The notes beneath the pieces were generated by a model. The model saw only the letters and a program-made list of their open reading frames with translations. It did no database searches and was not told where the DNA came from. A program made the translations under genes and the position numbers. A stretch of DNA of 41,816 nucleotides from an uncultured Clostridium sp. GTDB lineage: Bacteria; Bacillota; Clostridia; TANB77; CAG-508. The stretch covers positions 1 through 41,816 of the forward strand of contig CANTHA010000002.1 in NCBI GenBank assembly GCA_947653375.1. Reading direction: 5' to 3'. Positions 8,674 to 15,849 of this stretch are shown here, piece by piece; within the stretch, counting starts at the first letter, position 1; every line of letters begins with the position of its first letter.

Positions 8674-8695
8674 ATATGACATCTGTCTGTCATAT
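8674..8695. promoter_or_regulatory. Palindromic operator atatgaca-tctgtc-tgtcatat upstream of the YafY-like gene
   Basis: Perfect 8-bp inverted repeat about 20 nt upstream of the start codon. Related copy at 7726-7743. Confidence 0.45.
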
Positions 8696-8799
8696 TTTCA
8701 AAAAAGAAGATACTAATTTCTTAATATCTTCCTATAATTTTTTATTCTAATTCTTTCTTATGATTAAAGTGTATTCCAATATGACCGATTCCTAATATT

Positions 8800-9309
8800 T
8801 TAGATATTATATACAAATCCAACTTCCCAATAGTTTTGTTTTTCTATTTCAATTACTCTTTCTTTAATGATTTCTCCTCCCATCTTTTTATAAAACTCTT
8901 TAGATGGATCATTATCTTTTAAGCACCACAATATCATCTTTGTTTTATTTTTACTTTTAAATTCATCAATAACAAATTGAAATAGTTTTGTACCTATTCC
9001 ATTGTATTTTAATTCTGGCTTTACATATAAGGCTAATAGCTCACAATCTATATCTAGTATATCCTGTGTAAATTTATTGCTATCAATATATCTACAGAAT
9101 CCAACTACTTCTTTATCTGATTCTGCAACTATAAATCCATTATCTTTATAATCTTTGTTTCTTTTTTCTATTTTTTTATCCCTATTCATTGAATTTAAAA
9201 TAGAATCATCAATAATTCCCTTATATGCAGTTTTCCATCCATCTATTTGAATGTCAACAACTCTTGGAATGTCTTTTTCTTCAATACTTCTAATTATAAT
9301 ATTCTCCAT
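8800..9309 (-). CDS. GNAT family N-acetyltransferase
   Basis: YVKPELKYNGIGTKLF acetyl-CoA-binding-type motif; 169 aa. Confidence 0.85.
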   Translation of the reverse strand: MENIIIRSIEEKDIPRVVDIQIDGWKTAYKGIIDDSILNSMNRDKKIEKRNKDYKDNGFIVAESDKEVVGFCRYIDSNKFTQDILDIDCELLALYVKPELKYNGIGTKLFQFVIDEFKSKNKTKMILWCLKDNDPSKEFYKKMGGEIIKERVIEIEKQNYWEVGFVYNI

Positions 9310-9369
9310 TGTTTATCACTCTTTCAATTATTTATCAACTAATATTTTATAACAAATTCCTTTAAGTTG

Positions 9370-11040
9370 TCATATATTCTCTTTGTTATATCGCCAAATA
9401 AATCCACCTGCTGATTTTCTAGTTCCATTACAGGCACTTGAAATATGTTTTATCCCAGTTAGATTTATAGCTTCTGTAACACTATTATATGTATTAACAT
9501 ACACGCCATCTAAAGTATATTGATAAACTTTTTTTGATTTTTTATTTCCTATAACTTTTTTTGCACATTCTGGACACCCTTTGCCCTGACTTCTATTATA
9601 TGGTGTTGATTGCCATTCATATTCGCAATTTGAACATTTCCACCATACTTTTTTATTACTTTTCAATGTTATTTCATTAGGAGATATAGTATTTTTTTCA
9701 TAATTCCACTCTTTTAAAAATATAGGTTTTTTTTCAAATAGTGTTCCATTCTTTTTCAATAATACTTTTTCAAGAGTAGCAACCCTTCTTTTATGCGAAC
9801 ATTTTGGGCATTTACATCCAGCCATAATTTCATTTGGACTTCTAAAATATGCTTCTCCACATTTAGAACATTTCCACCATACTTTTTTCCCACTAGATAA
9901 ATATATCGTATCTGGAGTTATAGGATAATTTTTTTCATAATCCCATTCTTTTATTATTTCACTATTTAGACTTGATAAACTGCGTTCTTTCAAAGATTTT
10001 TGATAAGATTTATCTATTTCACTATAATCTCTTTTTACATCAATAAAGTTTTTATCATATATAATGTTTAGTTTATCTAATAATGTTTTTATTGCCTTTG
10101 TTAAATTATCACCTTTATCATATCCATATATTATCTTATTATCTTTCCAAAATACATTGTTGCTTTTTTCTTTTTTCTCAATTATTCTATATAATGTGAT
10201 TCCTCTTTTTTTGATTTCATTTTCTTTTTGTTTATCAGTAGTTTTCTTGTTTTTATGAAAGAAAAATCCATCATACTCAATACCTACTTTGAATTGTGGT
10301 AAAAATATATCAATTTCATATCTATTATCTAATTTATACCTATTATAGCATTCTATATTTAACTTTTTAATATAGTAGAAAATAGCCTGTTCTCCAAATG
10401 AAGTATTCTTTTCTGAATTACATTTTGGGCATCCTCTACCATTACTTCTACTAGATATAATTGCTTTCCAACTATTTTTACATCTTTTACATATCCAATA
10501 AGCATACTGATTAGAAAATTCACCAATTTTATGAGGATTCAACTTGTTTTTTTCATAATCCCATTCTTCTAATAATTTAGGTTGTTTTGTTGCAAAATCG
10601 TTATATCCTGTTAAAATTTTATTTCCATAACAATAAACACATCTAGGAAATTTTTTTATTGCATAGGAAGTAGCATATCGTTCGTGTCCACATTCAAACT
10701 TCCACCAATATTTTTTTGTAGCATTAAATATAACTTCTTCTGGTCTTTTGTTATTTTTATCATAGTTCCAAAATTGTAATATTTGAGAATCAGTTGTTTT
10801 TAGATCATTATATCCTTTTTTGACACATCTTCTATTACAATACGGACAGCCATTTTTTATATTATTTCTATCCTTTACAATTTTTTGATATATATGACCG
10901 TTTTGGCATTTCCACCATACTTCTTTATGGCTTCCACACGTCACTTTTTGAGGGAAAATATTTAATTTATTATTTTTTTCATAATACCATTCTTTTATTA
11001 AAAGTTCATTATCTATAACATACTTCTTATCTTTACTCAT
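9370..11040 (-). CDS. Multi-zinc-ribbon protein with central Vsr/DUF559-like nuclease core and C-terminal homing-endonuclease-type DNA-binding motif
   Basis: Five WWKC...CPxC treble-clef-like modules. The core reads EIDIFLPQFKVGIEYDGFFFH and the tail reads VTEAINLTGIKHISSACNGTRKSAGGFIWRY. Confidence 0.65.
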   Translation of the reverse strand: MSKDKKYVIDNELLIKEWYYEKNNKLNIFPQKVTCGSHKEVWWKCQNGHIYQKIVKDRNNIKNGCPYCNRRCVKKGYNDLKTTDSQILQFWNYDKNNKRPEEVIFNATKKYWWKFECGHERYATSYAIKKFPRCVYCYGNKILTGYNDFATKQPKLLEEWDYEKNKLNPHKIGEFSNQYAYWICKRCKNSWKAIISSRSNGRGCPKCNSEKNTSFGEQAIFYYIKKLNIECYNRYKLDNRYEIDIFLPQFKVGIEYDGFFFHKNKKTTDKQKENEIKKRGITLYRIIEKKEKSNNVFWKDNKIIYGYDKGDNLTKAIKTLLDKLNIIYDKNFIDVKRDYSEIDKSYQKSLKERSLSSLNSEIIKEWDYEKNYPITPDTIYLSSGKKVWWKCSKCGEAYFRSPNEIMAGCKCPKCSHKRRVATLEKVLLKKNGTLFEKKPIFLKEWNYEKNTISPNEITLKSNKKVWWKCSNCEYEWQSTPYNRSQGKGCPECAKKVIGNKKSKKVYQYTLDGVYVNTYNSVTEAINLTGIKHISSACNGTRKSAGGFIWRYNKENI

Positions 11041-11113
11041 TATTTCACCTATACAAATGTTATTTCTTTTCTGATTACTATAATAGCATAAAATTCTTAA
11101 TTATTCCACAAAT

Positions 11114-11148
11114 TTGACATTTTTCTTATTTTCGACAAATTTCAACAC
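11114..11148. promoter_or_regulatory. Three 0A-box-like heptamers upstream of the Spo0E-like ORF
   Basis: TTTGACA (11114), TTCGACA (11132; exact reverse complement of TGTCGAA) and TTCAACA (11142), each preceded by AATTT. Confidence 0.4.
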
Positions 11149-11197
11149 ACTATTTTATGTAAATATGATAAGATATATATGAAGGGAGTTGATATTT

Positions 11198-11362
11198 ATG
11201 GATTCTAAAACAATCTATTTAATTATGAAAAATACTGCTAAATTAGAAAAACTAATTGAAACCAATGCTCCTTATGAAAAGATCATCAAACAAAGTCAGA
11301 AATTAGACAAGTATATTATGATACAAATGAAACATATTAACAAAATAGGAGTTAGTTCTTAA
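11198..11362 (+). CDS. Spo0E-family aspartyl-phosphate phosphatase-like protein (54 aa)
   Basis: Not in the ORF track because it is under 60 aa. GAAGGGAG RBS. MDSKTIYLIMKNTAKLEKLIETNAPYEKIIKQSQKLDKYIMIQMKHINKIGVSS carries the SQxLDxxI signature. Confidence 0.6.
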   Translation: MDSKTIYLIMKNTAKLEKLIETNAPYEKIIKQSQKLDKYIMIQMKHINKIGVSS

Positions 11363-11376
11363 ACTATCTCCTATTT
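11343..11376. terminator. Bidirectional hairpin between convergent genes
   Basis: aaataggag/ctcctattt, a perfect 9-bp stem spanning both stop codons. Confidence 0.5.
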
Positions 11377-11635
11377 ATTCTTTTACTGCAATCAATAATT
11401 CGTTAGGTTGTACTGTCATATTTGCATTTCTATAAGTATATTTTGCTCCTGTAAAATATACATCATATCCATTGTTTTCAAAATAGTCTTTATTTATTTT
11501 TAAAAACTTATCTATCTCTAGTTCTGATAAATTGTTCTTAACTCTTAGCTCATAAAAAGTATATCTTATAAAATTCTTATCTTCGCTTTCATTTAATTTA
11601 TCATTTATATAGTTAATTACAAAAGCATCTGTCAT
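11375..11635 (-). CDS. Hypothetical small protein (86 aa)
   Basis: I prefer the start at ATG 11635 (GGAAGTGAG RBS, MTDAFVINY...) because a good promoter and tandem 0A boxes lie inside the longer track ORF (to 11731). Confidence 0.55.
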   Translation of the reverse strand: MTDAFVINYINDKLNESEDKNFIRYTFYELRVKNNLSELEIDKFLKINKDYFENNGYDVYFTGAKYTYRNANMTVQPNELLIAVKE

Positions 11636-11660
11636 TTTCTCACTTCCAATCTCAAATAGA

Positions 11661-11689
11661 ATTATATCATATTCTTGTTTTTCTGTATA
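11661..11689 (-). promoter_or_regulatory. Sigma-A-type promoter for the 86-aa gene
   Basis: On the minus strand: TATACA, 17-nt spacer, TGATATAAT (extended -10). Confidence 0.45.
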
Positions 11690-11711
11690 GATTTTTGATT
11701 GCATTTTGTTA

Positions 11712-11728
11712 TTCGACAACATTCGACA
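11712..11728. promoter_or_regulatory. Tandem consensus Spo0A boxes, 10-bp phased
   Basis: TTCGACA at 11712 and 11722 (TGTCGAAtgtTGTCGAA on the minus strand), between the divergent promoters. Confidence 0.5.
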
Positions 11729-11749
11729 CAATTCCTTATAAAAAGGGCT

Positions 11750-11769
11750 AAAAAGGGTACAAAAAAAGA
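11750..11769. repeat. Exact copy of the 20-mer aaaaagggtacaaaaaaaga (also at 3721-3740)
   Basis: Exact 20/20 match. It is preceded 10 bp upstream by the half-site aaaaagggct. Confidence 0.6.
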
Positions 11770-11780
11770 AGTTTACAGTA

Positions 11781-11809
11781 TTGAATTGACATAATTTTTG
11801 TGATATAAT
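11781..11809 (+). promoter_or_regulatory. Sigma-A-type promoter of the Spo0A-like gene
   Basis: TTGAAT, 17-nt spacer, TGATATAAT (extended -10). GAGG RBS lies 7 nt before the ATG at 11848. Confidence 0.5.
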
Positions 11810-11847
11810 GTGGAAAAAAATAGGAGAAACATTTGTGAGGCAAAATT

Positions 11848-12579
11848 ATGGTTAATGTACTTATCGGCAACAAGAATACTAGAGAAACTGATATTCTTTG
11901 CCACGAACTTGCAAATGATAAAAATTATAGGGTTGATAATGTTGTTACTGGAAAAGATGCAGTAACTATGTATTGGGATATGAATCCAGATATTTTAGTT
12001 TTAGATAATAACTTATCTGATATGTCTATTGAAGATATAGTAAATAGATTATCTTGTAATCCTTTAGAACAAAAACGATGTAATACTATTCTAACACTAT
12101 CGCCACACTATAGAATGAAATTGAATAATGTTGCAAAAATCAATGAGATTATATATAAACCTATTTTAAATAATGAGTTAGTTGAAACTATAAAAACAAT
12201 GTCTATTGATTATAATACTCCAGATTTAGAAGTTGGTGAAATTGATTGGCTGTTACAATCTCTAAACTTTAATTGTATGTCTGCTGGATATAAATATATG
12301 CGAGATGCTATTACCTACTGCTATTATAGACCAGATGAATTAGAATTTTTAACTACAGTATTGAAATATATTGCTTATAAATATGATGTTCCAGAATCAC
12401 GAGTTAGAGATTCATTAAAGAGTTGTATTAGACCATTTAATAATACCAATATATATAGTTGCCCAGATGATCTGTATAAGGTATTATACAATAGTGGTAA
12501 TAAATTATCCCTTAAAGATTTTATAGAAAGAATCGTTTTTTATTTGATTAGAGTTAAGAAAAAAGGTAGAATATTCTAG
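11848..12579 (+). CDS. Spo0A-family regulator paralogue (receiver + Spo0A_C DNA-binding domain) with degenerate acidic pocket
   Basis: NPDILVLDNNLSDMSIEDIVNRL and IIYKP align with the Spo0A receiver. GYKYMRDAITYCYY...VPESRVRDSLKSCI aligns with the Spo0A C-domain. The DD pair is replaced by N-K (VLIGNKN). Confidence 0.75.
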   Translation: MVNVLIGNKNTRETDILCHELANDKNYRVDNVVTGKDAVTMYWDMNPDILVLDNNLSDMSIEDIVNRLSCNPLEQKRCNTILTLSPHYRMKLNNVAKINEIIYKPILNNELVETIKTMSIDYNTPDLEVGEIDWLLQSLNFNCMSAGYKYMRDAITYCYYRPDELEFLTTVLKYIAYKYDVPESRVRDSLKSCIRPFNNTNIYSCPDDLYKVLYNSGNKLSLKDFIERIVFYLIRVKKKGRIF

Positions 12580-12602
12580 TTATTAGAAGTATCCTACCTT
12601 TT
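12561..12602. terminator. Bidirectional hairpin between convergent genes
   Basis: aaaaggtag/ctacctttt, a 9-bp stem with a partly self-paired loop and T-runs on both strands. Confidence 0.55.
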
Positions 12603-12606
12603 CTTT

Positions 12607-13812
12607 TTAAAACTGTGCATTTATGTATTCTTTATAAGAATCTATAATTCCTACATATCTTATTTGTGTTTGTTCTCTAATTACTGTATTCATCTTATCT
12701 CCAATAATCTTTTTAGCTTCCAAATATTCCTCTTTTGGAATGTCTAAAGCTATAAAATTAAATGCTGGTACATTTTCATTTAATGCTTTTTTAGATTGTT
12801 TAATTATATCAAGTCCATTCATATTAGTTCCAAAATCATATTTAGAAAACACCATTTCTGGCTTAAATTCAATAATTTTATTGTAAGTATCTTCTGGATT
12901 TTTTGTTGTAGCAACAATTTCAATATCCTCAATTCCTTTTAATATATTAACAATTTCATCCTTTGTTTTATCATCATCGTAAGCGATTAACGCCCTAATC
13001 TTTTTCATAATACTATCTCCATTCATATTTATATACTCATCAATATACTTGACTACATTATCATTTATTGCATTTCCAAGTAAGAAGTCTATACCATTTT
13101 CTGTTTTTATTATATCCCCATTTGCTAAAATCAAAATATTTTTCTCTAAATCTTCCTGTTTCTTAAAGGTTACACTACTTATATTTTCATACTTTTCATA
13201 TATTTTTCTTAATACACTATCAAATTCAAAGTTTGTAATTTCAAATATTTCTCTATTTTTTTCAGCCGATTCTCGTAATGGCATAAATTGATATAATTTC
13301 CAAATACCAATTTTATAATTATTTAAGAAATCACCTAATTCTTCAATTTCTTCAAGATTTTGTTTATTTACTACTGTATTTATATTCACTTTCAATTTCT
13401 TATAGTTTTCCAACTTTATATAGTTAAGTATATTGTGAATATTGGTAAAGTGTTTCTCTCCTCTACCTAATATATCATTAGTTTTACTTTTTATAGAATC
13501 TAATGATATTGTCAGATCATCTAAATAATTCAGTATTTCATAGTTTTGCTCTAACAATTTTCCATTTGTTATGATTCTATTATAGATTCCGTTCTCTTTT
13601 GATATTTTGATTAACTTATACAACTCTGGATATAATAGTGCCTCTCCACCAGTCCAGGTAATATGTGTTATTCCATCTCTTATTAGATTATATAGTATCT
13701 TTTCATTCTCTTTATAATCTAGTTCTCTTATGTTTATGAAACGATGACAATATTTGCAATTTTGATTGCATCTTGAAACAATATTCCAGCATACTTTCTT
13801 TTTAATTTTCAT
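12607..13812 (-). CDS. Radical SAM enzyme (viperin-like core) fused to a C-terminal CheY-like receiver domain
   Basis: Core motifs are CNQNCKYC, TGGEALL, ITNGKLL, LTISLDSIKSKTNDILGRG and IWKLYQFMPL. The C-terminal ~125 aa begin IRALIAYDDD and continue PEMVFSKYDFGTNMNGLDI. Confidence 0.75.
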   Translation of the reverse strand: MKIKKKVCWNIVSRCNQNCKYCHRFINIRELDYKENEKILYNLIRDGITHITWTGGEALLYPELYKLIKISKENGIYNRIITNGKLLEQNYEILNYLDDLTISLDSIKSKTNDILGRGEKHFTNIHNILNYIKLENYKKLKVNINTVVNKQNLEEIEELGDFLNNYKIGIWKLYQFMPLRESAEKNREIFEITNFEFDSVLRKIYEKYENISSVTFKKQEDLEKNILILANGDIIKTENGIDFLLGNAINDNVVKYIDEYINMNGDSIMKKIRALIAYDDDKTKDEIVNILKGIEDIEIVATTKNPEDTYNKIIEFKPEMVFSKYDFGTNMNGLDIIKQSKKALNENVPAFNFIALDIPKEEYLEAKKIIGDKMNTVIREQTQIRYVGIIDSYKEYINAQF

Positions 13813-13843
13813 AATTCATCCCTCTTTCATAAATTGTATCTGT

Positions 13844-13898
13844 ATTATATATTCATCAAAAATGAATGTAAATCAACATTTTCGAGGGTTATCCGACA
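13844..13898 (-). promoter_or_regulatory. Promoter of the radical SAM-REC gene with an upstream 0A-box-like site
   Basis: On the minus strand: TTTACA, 17-nt spacer, TATAAT. TGTCGGA (6/7 of TGTCGAA) lies about 20 nt upstream of the -35. Confidence 0.45.
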
Positions 13899-13910
13899 TT
13901 TTTTGTAGGT

Positions 13911-13939
13911 AAAAAAAAGAATATCCTTTTTGGATATTC
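13911..13939 (-). terminator. Rho-independent terminator after the LysR gene
   Basis: gaatatcc ttttt ggatattc, a perfect 8-bp stem followed by T8 on the minus strand. Confidence 0.7.
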
Positions 13940-13968
13940 GATATATATACTTATAAAATTTTATAGAT

Positions 13969-14871
13969 TTATTGTTTTTTTAAATAATTTTTAATAAATT
14001 GTTTATCTACTTTTGTCAACTGATTTTTTAAATATACTATTTTTATACTGCTCTTTGGTAACTTTATAGGAACTTTAACTTCATATAATTCATTATTTTC
14101 TATATATTTACAAGCAGTTTCTCTCATTACATAAGCGATTCCTATTCCATCTAATGCTGCATTTACTCTATCTTCTGTAGTAGGACATCTTAATATTGCA
14201 TTAAGAGAAATGTTGTGATCTTTCAATTTTTCGTTTAATTCTACAGTCGAAATTCTATCTTCATAATTCAAAATATATTTATAATTATTAAAATCTACTA
14301 TATCTTTTATTTCTATTTTTTTATTAGCTATAAAAACATTTTCAATAGTTTCTATTTCTTCTATCTCTAAATCTTCTTTATATTCTGGAGGAATAACATC
14401 TAAAATAATAAAGTCTATCTTATTACTTTTTAATGATTCTATTAGTTCTTTACTATTAGATTCTGTGTCTAAATTTATTTGAATATTTGGATAATCTTTT
14501 ACAAGATCAACAAGTTTTTTTCTTAAAAAGAATTTTGTTATATGCGAAGGGCATCCTACAGATATTTTTCCATTTTCTAAGCTATTTTTGCTTTCTATTA
14601 TTGTTGGTATAAAATCAAATAATCCGATTGATTTTTTAGCTTGAATGTATGTTTCTTTTCCAAACTCTGTTAGTTTTAGACCTTTGTTAGAGCCTTTATT
14701 TTTTCTATAAAATAGTTGTACTCCTAATTGATCTTCAAGCGAATTGATATTTGCACTAACAATCCTATCACTTATATTTAATTTTTCAGCAGCTTCAGCA
14801 AAACTGTCCGATTCTGCTACAGTTAAGAAAGTTCTATATAGATTTAGGTTTATATTATTTACATTAACCAT
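13969..14871 (-). CDS. LysR family transcriptional regulator
   Basis: N-terminal LNLYRTFLTVAESDSFAEAAEKLNISDRIVSANINSLEDQLGVQLF HTH; 300 aa. Confidence 0.9.
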   Translation of the reverse strand: MVNVNNINLNLYRTFLTVAESDSFAEAAEKLNISDRIVSANINSLEDQLGVQLFYRKNKGSNKGLKLTEFGKETYIQAKKSIGLFDFIPTIIESKNSLENGKISVGCPSHITKFFLRKKLVDLVKDYPNIQINLDTESNSKELIESLKSNKIDFIILDVIPPEYKEDLEIEEIETIENVFIANKKIEIKDIVDFNNYKYILNYEDRISTVELNEKLKDHNISLNAILRCPTTEDRVNAALDGIGIAYVMRETACKYIENNELYEVKVPIKLPKSSIKIVYLKNQLTKVDKQFIKNYLKKQ

Positions 14872-14877
14872 TATTCT

Positions 14878-15507
14878 CTATCTCCCCAATATCTTCTTTA
14901 ATTCCCTTTCAGCTTTTTTTACAAAAAAATCGCTTTCATCTATTGGTATTTCTAACTCTCTTATCATTTGTTTTAATTTATCTACTGTATCAAGTTGTTC
15001 ATTATTTTCTACTGTTTCAACTTCGATTAAGTTATCTCCGTTTTCTATATCTTTAATTGCAATTTCAAGTCCATTTTTGCCATATACTAAACTACTTTCT
15101 CTAATACTCATTATTTCTTTATATTCAATGGCTTTTATAAAACTTTTGCCCTGTTCTAAATTCTTTATTTCACAGTCAACCTTTTCTTGACCAATAATAT
15201 CTCCATTGGGTGCGATATCTTTATTTTTATATGTCATTTTAATAATATCATAACTACTTGTAAAATCACTTGGCTCATATTGTTTTATCTTTCTTATCAA
15301 GATATAGTGATTTAATACTTCTCTAGGAGATAATTTCGTTATATCTAAATCTTTTGAAATATAATATGTATCATCTAAAAAATATTTATCAACTATCTTA
15401 AATCCTTTGTTTTCTAGTATATTATACATTTCCTCTATACTACATTTTAGTTTGACTGTTATTTCATTACTCACCAAATATCTCTCCTTAAAAATATTAC
15501 TTTTCAA
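14878..15507 (-). CDS. CYTH domain protein (class IV adenylate cyclase / triphosphatase-like)
   Basis: NEITVKLK at the N-terminus, then IRKIKQ, MTYKNK, VDCEI and LIEVE beta-strand acidic/basic patterns. The second Glu of EXEXK is replaced by Thr. Confidence 0.6.
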   Translation of the reverse strand: MKSNIFKERYLVSNEITVKLKCSIEEMYNILENKGFKIVDKYFLDDTYYISKDLDITKLSPREVLNHYILIRKIKQYEPSDFTSSYDIIKMTYKNKDIAPNGDIIGQEKVDCEIKNLEQGKSFIKAIEYKEIMSIRESSLVYGKNGLEIAIKDIENGDNLIEVETVENNEQLDTVDKLKQMIRELEIPIDESDFFVKKAERELKKILGR

Positions 15508-15599
15508 TTATAACACATTATGTCAATTTTGTAAAGTCAAAAAAGTTCTAAAAAAAGCCACCATTTCAACAATAGCAGCTATTTTTCTTATATAAAATT

Positions 15600-15812
15600 T
15601 TATATACTGTCAATACATCTAAACACATTACTATATTGGTCTTGTAATTTGCTTATATCTCCGTTTTTAGAACTATGGCTCATTATATAATCTACAATTT
15701 GCATTTTACATCTTTTTAATTCTTCTTGATTATAATCCTTATCTTCAATAATTACTCCTGCTTTTTCTATTAGTTCTACATCTTTTTTAGTACATTCATT
15801 TAATATGTTCAT
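15600..15812 (-). CDS. Hypothetical protein (70 aa)
   Basis: ORF co-directional with its neighbours. No recognisable motif. Confidence 0.45.
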   Translation of the reverse strand: MNILNECTKKDVELIEKAGVIIEDKDYNQEELKRCKMQIVDYIMSHSSKNGDISKLQDQYSNVFRCIDSI

Positions 15813-15849
15813 TACTGCTACTTCCCTTCTTTGCTTTATATTACTCTCG

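Noticed and set aside
15508-15599. Possible terminator after 15600-15812 (T7 run on the minus strand)
   Set aside because: The only stem I could draw (GCTGC/GTGGC) needs two G-T pairs, which is too weak to call.
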